Below, piece by piece: positions 17,455 to 27,603 of a DNA stretch of 64,000 bases. The notes under the pieces were generated by a model, which did not search any database, was not told the DNA's origin, and saw nothing but the letters and a program-made list of their open reading frames with translations. Source of the stretch: a virus; the IMG/VR virus record IMGVR_UViG_3300037247_000961, positions 1 to 64,000 of that record, one strand, 5' to 3'. Position 1 is the stretch's first letter, and each line of letters opens with the position of its first letter. The position numbers were made by a program, and so were the translations under genes.

Positions 17455-18041
17455 TTCACAAAATCCTCCATCTCATCACCCCACGGGTCCACGGGTCGTC
17501 CATGTTCCTCCATGACGCGCGGTGAAATCGTCACTGTGTAGCTGCGGTCATTGACACTCATCAAACGGCTCCATTTGTAGGGGTAAACCCGCGCACTATC
17601 CTTCTTCGTCATGGCGGCGTGCGGGTACGGCCCAAGGCTGTCAGCAATCCCAATCAGCAATCCCTCCAAGGCACTGCCCTCCTCGGCGTAGGTCGTGGTC
17701 ATCTTGCCGGCGAAACCAATCTCCTTGGCCAATGTGCGGAACGGGCCTTTATGCCCATGCTCGCAACCGACAACGGCGTGGATCATTTCATGCAACAGGA
17801 TATCCAACACCTTGACCGGCTGTGCCTCGGTCGGACTGATGTACATCTGTGTCGTCTCATCAGCACTGGCATTCGGCGACCAGCACTGGCCAATCGCCCG
17901 TCGTGAGGCCTTGGGCCAACCGCACGCGGCTTGAAGCTTGACCGGCACCTTGTGACCGTGGCTTGTGAAAAATTCCTTGCCCAAGTGACCGATGGCGTCA
18001 ACCAACCAGCCCTCGCGCGTAGTGTGGTTTTTGGTGGTCAT
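17451..18041 (-). CDS. SprT-like zinc metalloprotease-fold protein
   Basis: HEMIH motif followed by HGHKGPF. Confidence 0.75.
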   Translation of the reverse strand: MTTKNHTTREGWLVDAIGHLGKEFFTSHGHKVPVKLQAACGWPKASRRAIGQCWSPNASADETTQMYISPTEAQPVKVLDILLHEMIHAVVGCEHGHKGPFRTLAKEIGFAGKMTTTYAEEGSALEGLLIGIADSLGPYPHAAMTKKDSARVYPYKWSRLMSVNDRSYTVTISPRVMEEHGRPVDPWGDEMEDFVK

Positions 18042-19069
18042 CGCACCAACTCCAATTCGTCATCAATCACCTCGGCAGGAGGCATTGGGTTGTGGTCATT
18101 GAACGCCGGGGCGAAATCTTCACCTTCTACCGCTGGCGCAACACTGCGGCCGAGGCCCCTGCCTCGCCGGAAGATTTCGTCAACTTGGTGAACGGACAAA
18201 TTATCAAAGTTTCGGATTCGGTATGCCATGGACTCCCTCCTTGGCGGTTAGCTGCGCGGCACAAACATCCAAATTTGCTGTGGCACATGCCGATTGCGCC
18301 CTCGGTCATCCACCCAGTGTAGGCTCCACACTCCGTCATATACAACAACCGTAGTCTTGCCGGCGGCGCGGGCCTCTTTGAGCATCTGGGTGATCGGCAT
18401 TTGCTTGTTCCAGGTGTTGCTAGGCGATCCGGCCCATCTCGTTGGCCACATCGCGCTCGGTGCGGCCGGTGAAGTGTACCCGCACCGGGCCGAAGCGCCA
18501 TCCGCTTTCCTTCATGTAGGTTACATGATCAACGGGGGTACCGCGATCAAGCATCGGTAGGATTTGATGCCAATGATCCTCGGCAATGCGCAGGAGCGCC
18601 ATTTTGCCGCGCCGCGCAGTGAATGTCAGGCGAGTCGTTACGTCGCCGACCGTTACCGCAACCTCGTAGGAGGTGCCGTAACGCTGCATCTGGGTCAGGG
18701 TGCGAGGGTCTGGCTGGCGGGTCATTGGGCTTGCTCCTGTTCGAGTCCGAGGAAGGAGGCCTAAGCCTCCCATCCCCATGTCCGTGGCGCGTAAGTTTTG
18801 CGGCTGACCTTGCCATCATCGCGCCTGGTGAAAACCACCAACGAGTCATCGGCCAGCATGACCAGTGCGCCGCCAATCTGTGCAGCATACTTCCGGGCGG
18901 CAGTTGCCCAGGAAACGCTGCGGTATGCAGCCCGTGAGAGGCGGCACCATTCCTGAACCGTAAGGAGGTTCGTGGGCATGGCGCGGGGGTCGAAGAACGT
19001 GAAGGTCGGGGTCATGGCAAGCTCCTTTGCCTGGGGGTTAAGGGATGTAGCTGTGCTTGTCATGATGTA

Positions 19070-19098
19070 TATATAGCGATTGGAAGTGGCCCCGTCAA
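19070..19098 (-). promoter_or_regulatory. sigma70-like promoter TTGACG-N17-TATATA
   Basis: Near consensus, downstream of tRNA-Tyr. Confidence 0.65.
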
Positions 19099-19148
19099 GA
19101 ACTTTCTTCAAGAAAAGCCAACTTTTTTGTTCCCCTCATGTTCCAGGT

Positions 19149-19235
19149 TGGTGGGAGGGTATGGACTTGAACCACTCCCCCGAAGGGCACGGTTTTACAG
19201 ACCGCGTGCTAAAAAACCCCCAGCTTTACCCTCCC
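19149..19235 (-). tRNA. tRNA-Tyr(GTA), class II, atypical D arm
   Basis: GGGAGGG/CCCTCCC acceptor, loop CTGTAAA, variable arm, GTTCAAGTC, encoded CCA. Confidence 0.85.
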
Positions 19236-19483
19236 TCCGACCTTGGCCCTAGTCACTTAGCGGTGGTTGCCTTTTTAATAGCGGCGGTTGTGATTTGCCA
19301 GATCAGACCACCGATATGTGCAGCAGCATCTTCGGGGCAGGGGTTGTCACCATTGGCCTCGTAATCAATACCGCTTGGCAGGTCTTGGATCATTTCGCTG
19401 ACTGACTGCATTGCGGTTAGCAAATCGGCAACAGTTTTCTGGGATTTTGTCATAGCTAAAATACTCGCACCGCGACCGGCTCA

Positions 19484-19786
19484 TTAGACCTTTTGGCCCA
19501 GGGGGATTTGCTCCATGTTGCGCCAGCCCTCGCCGGTGGCGGTTAGGCAACTCATGCCTTGGGGCGACGTGATGATGATGCTCCAGGTGCCGCTCTTGCT
19601 ATTGGTCAGAACCTCCAACAGGGCACCACCGCTGGTGACGCCGGCCGCGACAGGCGTCTCGCTGTACTTCTTGGCCAGCAACTCCAGAACCTTGTCGCGA
19701 TCATCGCATGGTAAAGATTGGGCCATTGCAGCCGTGGACACGAGGCTCACGGTCAAGGCTGCTATCAGGACGATCAACTTACGCAT
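19484..19786 (-). CDS. Host-like exported protein with signal peptide and two Cys
   Basis: MRKLIVLIAALTVSLVSTAAMA signal; KYSETPVAAG...GTWSIIITSPQGMSCL. Confidence 0.75.
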   Translation of the reverse strand: MRKLIVLIAALTVSLVSTAAMAQSLPCDDRDKVLELLAKKYSETPVAAGVTSGGALLEVLTNSKSGTWSIIITSPQGMSCLTATGEGWRNMEQIPLGQKV

Positions 19787-20224
19787 CGAAAATCTCCTTT
19801 ACCGTAACGCGGGTTATCAGTCCTCCTCAACATGCAACGTGTCGTTATAGGCGACACAGAAGCTCATGCCAAAGCCTGCATCCACTTCCGGGCAATACAC
19901 CCAAGGATTCATCTCAGGCCATTTCACATACTTGACCCGGCACATTTTACCGTGGGCTTCGATGTACGTCCGATGGCCAAGGTCGTTATTGCCTTGGTCG
20001 ATGAATTCTTTGACGGTAATTTTACGGGTCATTGGAACGATTCCCCTCGCCAATGATCTGGGCCACGGGCCACGTGGACGTTACGGCGCCCCTGTCTATG
20101 CTCCTTGTCTCGTTGCCTTTTAGCGAAAAGCTTGGAATCGAAAAACTTTGGTTTGCCTTTGGTACTGGTGAGTACCTTGAAAAGCTGCAAGGTCATCATC
20201 TGCATTCCTCCTGGTTACTCATCA

Positions 20225-20548
20225 TCAAAACTCCAAATATCGACGACCAACTTTGGCTACCTGACGCACTTTAATCAAGTGCTTGAGCGCGCCTTGGACA
20301 ATAGATGTCTCCAACTCAGTCACCTTGCGAATCTTGCCCACAGTATCGGCGCCGCCTTGAACGGCCCAAAGTACAGGGCGCCGAGCATCTTCCCGAGCTT
20401 TGCGCTTGGCTTTCCGGGCCATCTGCTTTTTCACTGAATCAGGCATTTCCCACTTTACCGGTTTCAGGGGCGGGGCCTTAGGGGTATTTTCTCGGGTCCG
20501 CCGCAGAAAGGCAGGTACGGCTAGGTCATTGTTAGGTTGATCGGTCAT
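20225..20548 (-). CDS. Basic DNA-binding protein with C-terminal winged helix
   Basis: GGAGG RBS; DLAVPAFLRR N-terminal motif; wHTH-like C-terminus. Confidence 0.55.
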   Translation of the reverse strand: MTDQPNNDLAVPAFLRRTRENTPKAPPLKPVKWEMPDSVKKQMARKAKRKAREDARRPVLWAVQGGADTVGKIRKVTELETSIVQGALKHLIKVRQVAKVGRRYLEF

Positions 20549-21097
20549 TTTTCCCTCCGTGACCGGCCAGCGCGCCCCCGTGGTGCGTCTCATGGGGTCG
20601 CGGCTGGGGGTTTATGCCTCCGCGGCGACCTCGCGCGCCTATGGGGCCGGTGTCAACTTGATGCCATAAGACTTGAGTGCTTGGCTCGGGGTCGGCCATC
20701 CCTTACGGCTCGGCTTAGCCGGAACTGCGGGGTAGAATCGCCAGCCGTCCCGGCGCCGATAGACAAGGACACCCAAGCAAATACCATCATCGTTGCGGAT
20801 CACGAGGAGGTTCCTCCCTTCGCCCCCGCCGGCAACCCTTCCCGTGTGAGCTAGGATGGTCATAGATCAGCCCTCCAGTTCATCTAGGCACAATTCCGAA
20901 CAAACCTTCTTCGCGGCATTTGGGACCGAATAGGTTCTGGGGATAGTTGCAACGATCTCGGCGACCTCGTGAAACAATTCTCCCTCATTCAGGTCACGAT
21001 TCGCCAGACCATATACCCGCTTCGCCGCTCTAAGAACGATGGCGAAAACGGCACAGTTTCGGTTGAAGCTCATCGGTTCCTCTTTGTTGACAATGTA

Positions 21098-21126
21098 AAG
21101 ATAATCTCGCTTACATCACAAGTCAA
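21098..21126 (-). promoter_or_regulatory. sigma70-like promoter TTGACT-N17-TATCTT
   Basis: AT-rich upstream element; heads the small-gene cluster. Confidence 0.6.
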
Positions 21127-21447
21127 GAAGTTTTTTGTTCACCCTTTGTTCGTCGCCAAAAATTCCCCTGTTAATTCGATGGTCCACAACCCGTCGTCAT
21201 CGTCATCGACCGTGGCCAGTATGCTGTCCGGGCCGACGTCCAGGATGACCAGGACATCACCGATCTCTCCCACGAATCCAGTATAACTGATCTCGGGCCA
21301 GCGGACCAAATCTTGTTCGTCCATTTCCTGAAAGCTACCTATCAACATGCCGCCGAAAATTGCGGCCACGCTAATCGGACAACTAGCGCCCTCCGGTTCG
21401 CCGGTCATGAAAACGTCTACTGGTTTCGTCGACATAGTCCTTTGACC

Positions 21448-22380
21448 TTATTGTCTGATGTGGAGAAGCCTAGCAACTCTGAGAGCAATATCTCCAATCT
21501 TGTTTTGCTCCAAGCATGCCGTTTCGAATTGACCAAGAACCTTCGCCGCCCATATTGCTTGACTTTGGTTCTTGGCATTTAACCAAATAGTGGTCGCATA
21601 AGTAAAAACAATTATTCGAATGCTCTCTGGATTCACGTCCTTCAATTCTTTCAGCAGAGACCGAACCTTGATTGGAGAAAAATCTTGACTAAAGATACAA
21701 CGTGCTATGTCGAATGCTTCTGTCGACCCAACCGCCTCTCTTAGTAACTGTTTTGCAGTGTCAGTATCAATTGCATCATGGCATATTGACAAATTCATTA
21801 AAGCCCGCCGGGGCGAACCATCTGCGGTCTTGGCAAGTAATTCAATGATTTCGTCTGATGTCTCCCATTTCTCTTTGGATACGATCCCAGATAGCAATTC
21901 CTGCAATACGGCGACCCGCACAGGATCGAGCCTAAATTGAGCACAACGCGACCTGATAGTTGCAGGAACCTTTGTTAATTCGGTCGTGCAAAATACCCAG
22001 GTGACATGTTCCGGCGGCTCTTCCACATGTTTCAAAAGAGAATTCCAAGCTGCCTTGGATAGCATATGGCACTCATCCACGATGTAGCAACTGTGGCCGG
22101 ATTCGCTGAATGACCTGTAATGTGTAGTATCAGCAACTTTCCTCATCGCATCAATGCCGGTGTAGGTTGCCGCGTCGATTTCCATTATGCCCAAGCCTTC
22201 GCATCCTGACTTTTCAGCAATGATCCTGGCCAGGGTAGTCTTGCCTGTGCCCGGCGGGCCAGATAGTAAGAACGCCCTGGATGTTCCCTCCTTGACAACG
22301 CGCGCCAAATGGTTGGTGACGAGTTTCTGGCCAATCACTTCATCAAAAGATGTCGGGCGATATTTTGTATGCAGTGTCAT
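21448..22380 (-). CDS. dnaX: DNA polymerase III gamma/tau-like clamp-loader AAA+ ATPase
   Basis: KYRP..F.EVIGQ, Walker A GPPGTGKTT, DECH, TIRSRC. Confidence 0.9.
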   Translation of the reverse strand: MTLHTKYRPTSFDEVIGQKLVTNHLARVVKEGTSRAFLLSGPPGTGKTTLARIIAEKSGCEGLGIMEIDAATYTGIDAMRKVADTTHYRSFSESGHSCYIVDECHMLSKAAWNSLLKHVEEPPEHVTWVFCTTELTKVPATIRSRCAQFRLDPVRVAVLQELLSGIVSKEKWETSDEIIELLAKTADGSPRRALMNLSICHDAIDTDTAKQLLREAVGSTEAFDIARCIFSQDFSPIKVRSLLKELKDVNPESIRIIVFTYATTIWLNAKNQSQAIWAAKVLGQFETACLEQNKIGDIALRVARLLHIRQ

Positions 22381-22396
22381 CGTTTCCCTCTAATTC

Positions 22397-22471
22397 TGGC
22401 TCCACGGGTAGGGCTCGAACCTACACTCTGCGGATTAACAATCCGCTGCTTTACCATTAAGCTACCGTGGA
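22397..22471 (-). tRNA. tRNA-Asn(GTT)
   Basis: Full cloverleaf, GCGGA-TTGTTAA-TCCGC, G73, CCA. Confidence 0.95.
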
Positions 22472-22480
22472 TTATGAAAC

Positions 22481-23173
22481 TCAAAATAATCCTTTCTGAA
22501 CAGGTTTCGCTTCGACGACGAACATGTCCGGCTTCTTGCGGGCCTCCTTCAAACGTGAACATGCTATATCGAAATACTTTGAATCGATTTCTATTCCAAT
22601 AAAACAACGTCCCATGTTAACACAGGCAACCCCTGTCGATCCACTGCCCATGAAGGGATCAACCACAACCTTCTCATTTGGAATGAAGGTAAGGCACCAT
22701 TCCATAATTTCAATAGGCTTTTGCGTCGGATGAAAATTCCCATCTCGCCGCGATAAAGCTTTCCCTCGCGAATAGGTCTTGATACGCATGGCCTTCATCT
22801 GATTGGTCCACGCGACTTCCCCATCGGCTAACGAAAAATCCCGTTGCCCCTTGTCCCAAATTAACCATCGCATCGTTGGTGGCAAATAATCAGTGAAGTA
22901 ATTTCCCCCCCAAATAATTTGGAGATCACTCTGCTCTAGCATTAAATCAAAGATTTTTTGATCTGGGCGCTCTATGTCCCAACTGCTCTCGCCGTAATAC
23001 TTCCAGCCAAAGCTGCCCTTATGTTTGGCACGCGCCTCATCGGCGCCGATCCCATAGGGAGGGTCAGTGACTATCGCATCTATGTGCCCGAGGGCCGGGA
23101 GAATTTTCAGATTATCTCCTAGATAAATCGTGGAAGCCCCAATAACAACCCGCTTGATCCATGGATCGGTCAT
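22481..23173 (-). CDS. DNA amino-methyltransferase (beta class, DPPY)
   Basis: TDPPY, HPTQKP, DPFMGSGST. Confidence 0.92.
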   Translation of the reverse strand: MTDPWIKRVVIGASTIYLGDNLKILPALGHIDAIVTDPPYGIGADEARAKHKGSFGWKYYGESSWDIERPDQKIFDLMLEQSDLQIIWGGNYFTDYLPPTMRWLIWDKGQRDFSLADGEVAWTNQMKAMRIKTYSRGKALSRRDGNFHPTQKPIEIMEWCLTFIPNEKVVVDPFMGSGSTGVACVNMGRCFIGIEIDSKYFDIACSRLKEARKKPDMFVVEAKPVQKGLF

Positions 23174-24045
23174 AACTTGAAGCCCTCCTGAACAGGCTTG
23201 GTGTATGAAAAATCCAGTGCGCCTTGCCGGTTGGCCTTTTCAATGTTTGTACAGGCCAAATCGAAGTATTTCGGGTCCAGCTCGATCCCGATAAATTTAC
23301 GTTCCATACGGACGCATGCTACTCCCGTAGCCCCGCCTCCCATGAAAGGGTCAATGACAACGTCACCCGGCGCTGTATGGACAGATAAGAATTTCTGCAC
23401 CAACTCCGGAGGCTTGTCGTTGGGGTGTACCTCCCCATAGCGTCTAGGCTTGGAAAATGAAACGATGTTCGGCATACTGCCTGGATTAGTGGACGAGCCC
23501 CCACCGGGCCACGCAATTTTAGATCCCTCCCGCATGCCCACAATGATAAGCTCGTGCTGCCGGCGGTAACGCCATCCGGTGCCGGGATTCTTCTTGTCCC
23601 AAATCACCATATGAAAAAAGGTCATTCCCTTTTCGTTCATGCGGTCGCTGATCCAGGTATAAGATGGATCACCTTCAGCGCCCCCGCCCATTGAGCAATA
23701 GCATGCCGCGGAGAAATCCTTCTTGAGAAGCCGTGCCGCATGGATCAAAGTGCCATCGATCACGTGGCGCATGGCTGCCTTATCATCGTTCTCAATCGCC
23801 GCTTGGGCTTGAATGTCACCTTTGCGCGTGCTTGTGCCATCGGTGAACGGTAGCGAATAGCCCCTGGTCGAGTTCAGCGTAGCGAATCCCTTAGCGTTGT
23901 TCTCGTTGCCATACGGCGGGTCTGTCCAGACCATATCCACGGATTCATCCGGCAAGCCGGCCATGACTTCCAAAGAGTCCCCCAGGTATAGCGTGCAATC
24001 TCCTATGACTTTTTGCATGTCAACCGCCTTCATTTGGGCTTTCAT
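23170..24045 (-). CDS. DNA amino-methyltransferase (beta class, DPPY)
   Basis: TDPPY, HPNDKP, DPFMGGGAT. Confidence 0.92.
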   Translation of the reverse strand: MKAQMKAVDMQKVIGDCTLYLGDSLEVMAGLPDESVDMVWTDPPYGNENNAKGFATLNSTRGYSLPFTDGTSTRKGDIQAQAAIENDDKAAMRHVIDGTLIHAARLLKKDFSAACYCSMGGGAEGDPSYTWISDRMNEKGMTFFHMVIWDKKNPGTGWRYRRQHELIIVGMREGSKIAWPGGGSSTNPGSMPNIVSFSKPRRYGEVHPNDKPPELVQKFLSVHTAPGDVVIDPFMGGGATGVACVRMERKFIGIELDPKYFDLACTNIEKANRQGALDFSYTKPVQEGFKL

Positions 24046-26452
24046 CTTCGATCACCGAATCCCAATCGGTTTTCCCGTACTGCTCTTCCCATAAGGAACG
24101 GGCCTTTTCCAATGGAGGAAGGTGATACCAACGCGCACGGCGATGCACCCAACGGGAATAGTGTTCTTCCTGAATTTCATAACTCGTTTTCCTGGACGAG
24201 GTTGTGATGCAAGGGCAAACCTTACTCAAGAAACGGCCCATCGCCGTTGCGTTGCCGCGCTTAGTAATATTGAACCGCTTCACCTCGGCGACATAATCAT
24301 TGACCAAATGCTCAACGGGCAAATCGGTTTGCCATTCATCGCCGTTGGTAATGGTACAACCGTTTAGCAGTTTTTGATACCACCATTCCTCAACCACTGA
24401 TAAACTCAGAAGCTTCTGCTCCCGGAGGGCTGGTGTATTTGGTACATGCCGAACTTCGAAGTCCTCGATGTCCATGGTTCGAAGGTAGTTAAGGAGCGCC
24501 TTGTAACCAGAATTCTCGTCCTTCTTATCCGTACTCTCCTTGCCATCCTTGTCAATCTTGCGTTCCATCTGCTCTGTGATGGCGCGGAAATAGTCAATAT
24601 TTTGCTTCTTCGCATCTCCCACGTCCACCATAAAGAAGCGCCGCTCATCGCCGCCCGCTGGAATCACGTGCAAGTCGTTCGATGCCATTATCAGATGGAT
24701 GCAGTTCGGTGCCATCTCCACGTCAATTCCCTTGGCTTCAATGGCCATTTGTTCCTCGGTGACCAATGTCTTGAGAATCGACTCGTGTTTTTTATCGCCT
24801 GCGAAGAAAGCCTCATCGGCAAAGAGCACCACAAGATCGCGCAGATGGCTATTGAAGTTACCGACCAAGTGCCCAGAGTTGCTGATCTGCATATAGTGAC
24901 GCCCAAACAGCTTCCCGAATGTATGAGCAAAGAAGGACTTGCCCACGCCGCGGCCTCCGCGCAGAACAATGGCCACGAGCCCAGGACGCTCGGGATGTTT
25001 CACGGCGCGTGCCATCCAGTTCAGGAGGTATTCATAATAAACCTCGTTGCCACCACACACGTTTTCACGAACGTGGTCCAAGAACAATCCACATTCGCCA
25101 GGCACCGATGTCACCGAAAAACCTCGCCACAGATTGTAGACATCATCGGGCAACGTGACCTCGGGAGCAAACGCTATAGCGCTATACTGGCGCCGATGCT
25201 CATTCTCCAGCCACCATTTTCCAGCCGGCATGTACTTCGGATTATTGAACTTATCAGTGCCGATTTGGACTCTTTTGTTGTTGTAGGCGTCCTTGAACGT
25301 ATTAAAGGTCTGCCGGGTGAGGCGTTTTCGATCCAACGAATGATCATGCTGGTCACTGATGACCAGACATTTTCCACCATAGTTTTGCACAACAGCATAT
25401 TTATTGTTGAATTTATGGAGCCATGGATCGATGGCATGGAACTTGGCAGACTCGATCTGTTTAATTGCATACTTTTCGATGTGACCCTTTTTCTCTAGAA
25501 CGGATTCACTGATGCCCCATGCAGAGTCCGTTATAATTGCGAAAATCACATCGTCGGGCACGCCTCGGCGGAGCGTGCCACAAACAAAATCGAACAGCCA
25601 AGCCGACCGACTGTTGTCACCTTTCTTTGGCTCATCAGGATGCTTCCCTTGGCCCATGATCACCTTGATGCGCTCCTCCACACCCCACTCGTCCAATTCG
25701 TCCGTGCTATCTATGCGGTCGATGTTACCAGAGATGGTTACGATCTGTGAGGCATTGCTATCAAAGATGGTTTCCCCCTGCCTCTGAACACTTTGTGCCG
25801 CAATAAATGCCGATAAGGGATACGCCACATCATCAAACTGAACGCATACCGCCAACGTAGGCACCCTCCCTTTCTTGATCTTGCGTGCATCGGGGATGTT
25901 CATCGTGTTTGGCAACCGCATGATGCGGTCGATGTTGTGACAGTTGTCGGCACCGAAACGCAGCTCAAGCTGAACGTTATACCGCTTGGCGTCCTCCCCC
26001 TTGGGCAAGTCCCCATCGATCTTGATCGGATCTTCCAACTTCCAAAAAGCCTGATAGCCTCCGCCACTGAAGATGATGACGGTCGGCTTCGGAACTCCAT
26101 CTGGTAAATTGTTGGTAAGTACATCGAGTGCTCGTTTGCGCTCCGCGTCCAAATCTTCGCCGGCGCGGGGGTCGATGTCGATGTGGAACCAATCAACCGA
26201 GAGAATATCTTCACGATCAGCTTTTTTCGTCAAATCCCTCATCGGCGAATTGACATGGAAGTACAGGTTGCGCTTTCCATTGTATTCATTGATCCATTTG
26301 AGCAGGGCGTCCTCCGTCTTTGGGTAAAACGTCCGGGTTTCTATACCCTTCTTGTTCACACAAATCGCCGTCAGAACCCACGGGCCTTCCGGTGCCCAGC
26401 GGCGCAAAAAATCAATTGTTTTTTCATTGTCTTGTTTCATTATTTCTCCCAA
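24020..26452 (-). CDS. Primase-helicase (RepB'-like primase N-terminus, SF3/D5-like NTPase C-terminus)
   Basis: HIDID, SGGGYQAFW, RIMRLP; Walker A GGRGVGKS, FADE, ERRF. Confidence 0.88.
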   Translation of the reverse strand: MGEIMKQDNEKTIDFLRRWAPEGPWVLTAICVNKKGIETRTFYPKTEDALLKWINEYNGKRNLYFHVNSPMRDLTKKADREDILSVDWFHIDIDPRAGEDLDAERKRALDVLTNNLPDGVPKPTVIIFSGGGYQAFWKLEDPIKIDGDLPKGEDAKRYNVQLELRFGADNCHNIDRIMRLPNTMNIPDARKIKKGRVPTLAVCVQFDDVAYPLSAFIAAQSVQRQGETIFDSNASQIVTISGNIDRIDSTDELDEWGVEERIKVIMGQGKHPDEPKKGDNSRSAWLFDFVCGTLRRGVPDDVIFAIITDSAWGISESVLEKKGHIEKYAIKQIESAKFHAIDPWLHKFNNKYAVVQNYGGKCLVISDQHDHSLDRKRLTRQTFNTFKDAYNNKRVQIGTDKFNNPKYMPAGKWWLENEHRRQYSAIAFAPEVTLPDDVYNLWRGFSVTSVPGECGLFLDHVRENVCGGNEVYYEYLLNWMARAVKHPERPGLVAIVLRGGRGVGKSFFAHTFGKLFGRHYMQISNSGHLVGNFNSHLRDLVVLFADEAFFAGDKKHESILKTLVTEEQMAIEAKGIDVEMAPNCIHLIMASNDLHVIPAGGDERRFFMVDVGDAKKQNIDYFRAITEQMERKIDKDGKESTDKKDENSGYKALLNYLRTMDIEDFEVRHVPNTPALREQKLLSLSVVEEWWYQKLLNGCTITNGDEWQTDLPVEHLVNDYVAEVKRFNITKRGNATAMGRFLSKVCPCITTSSRKTSYEIQEEHYSRWVHRRARWYHLPPLEKARSLWEEQYGKTDWDSVIEDESPNEGG

Positions 26453-26778
26453 TAACTGAGCAATTCTTCACACGGCACCAAGCCACGCTCCATTTTGTTG
26501 ATCCACCAACGGGATCGACCCAACTGGCGAGCAACTTTCTCTTGAGACGTGCCGGCACGGCGCCTGTACAGCAAACACCGCTCATACATTTGCAGAGGCC
26601 TAACGGAGCGAATTGAGGGTCCGTCATCGTCATCCCGCTCCCATCGACCATAAATAAATGGGGTTGTATCGAGACGCTTCGCGGCACTGGCCTGTGTTTC
26701 TTTCCGGCGACGCCTATCTGTGATTAAGCGTTCACCACAGGACAACAGTCCCAATGGTCCCAGTCTCTTTGGAGGCAT
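26440..26778 (-). CDS. Tandem XRE-like HTH protein
   Basis: Two RRR..TQ/SQ...A..L......WE/ME repeats. Confidence 0.7.
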   Translation of the reverse strand: MPPKRLGPLGLLSCGERLITDRRRRKETQASAAKRLDTTPFIYGRWERDDDDGPSIRSVRPLQMYERCLLYRRRAGTSQEKVARQLGRSRWWINKMERGLVPCEELLSYWEK

Positions 26779-27173
26779 GTGATTAGACCCTCTTTCTTTA
26801 TACCATTGGTCCAGCGCGCGCGCGCGACCTCATATAAACCCTTGCGAGTCAAAAAACCGACATAATTCTTTGCATCACGGCCCGTAAATAGAAGCCATTC
26901 CCGTTGGACTTGGAGAAGCAACCAAGCATTACCCCCGGCCATGTAACGCTTCTTGAGCCATCGCCTCTGGGCAACGGTGAAATGGTCTAAAGTGACCGGA
27001 GTATCTTCTCCCTTGGGCCACGCTCGGCGCCACTTTAACTCAATCCATCCTTCAATGTAATTAACGTCCGGGCATCCCATCACACCGACGCGGTTTTCAA
27101 CTGGGATGGCATGTAGGGGCTTGAGCAGGCGAATGATCTTGGCGCGTTGTGTGCTTTCACTCACGATGCACAA
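26724..27173 (-). CDS. PD-(D/E)XK nuclease (resolvase/VRR-NUC-like)
   Basis: GCPD...WIELK...QRRW. Confidence 0.75.
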   Translation of the reverse strand: MCIVSESTQRAKIIRLLKPLHAIPVENRVGVMGCPDVNYIEGWIELKWRRAWPKGEDTPVTLDHFTVAQRRWLKKRYMAGGNAWLLLQVQREWLLFTGRDAKNYVGFLTRKGLYEVARARWTNGIKKEGLITCLQRDWDHWDCCPVVNA

Positions 27174-27603
27174 CCGTTATCTTCACACCACAATCATCAA
27201 GGATGCGCTTCGCCCGTGCGACGTTCATCTTATGCTCAGCGGTGAGTGTCCGTTCCGAATGGTCTGACCATACTACCTCGGACAAACCCCAAGACGCAAT
27301 ATGTTTCGCACATTCTTTGCACGGCGGGCGTGTCAAGAAAATAGTATAACCTTCGATGTCCTCGGCCGCATGTTTGATGGCGTTCATCTCAGCATGGATC
27401 ACACGGTCATATTTTTCCGCGCGGTCCTCATACCACTCGACTCGGTCCTCCATGCTTTTGGGGAATCCGTTGTAACCTTCCGAGCAGACGGTTTTGTTAT
27501 GGCGAATGATGACTGCGCCACACTTCGTCGACGGATCGCGAGAACGTATAGCGACAACAGCCGCCTTGTGAAGTTGCCACTCATTGTATCCGGGTCTCAT
27601 CAA
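27157..27603 (-). CDS. dCMP deaminase
   Basis: SRDPSTKCGA, GYNG, HAEMN, PCKEC. Confidence 0.92.
   Translation of the reverse strand: MMRPGYNEWQLHKAAVVAIRSRDPSTKCGAVIIRHNKTVCSEGYNGFPKSMEDRVEWYEDRAEKYDRVIHAEMNAIKHAAEDIEGYTIFLTRPPCKECAKHIASWGLSEVVWSDHSERTLTAEHKMNVARAKRILDDCGVKITVVHRE

Noticed and set aside
24446-25498. Long plus-strand ORFs (e.g. 24446..25498, 28961..29734, 40517..41350)
   Set aside because: They are antisense shadows of well-supported minus-strand genes, with no motifs of their own.
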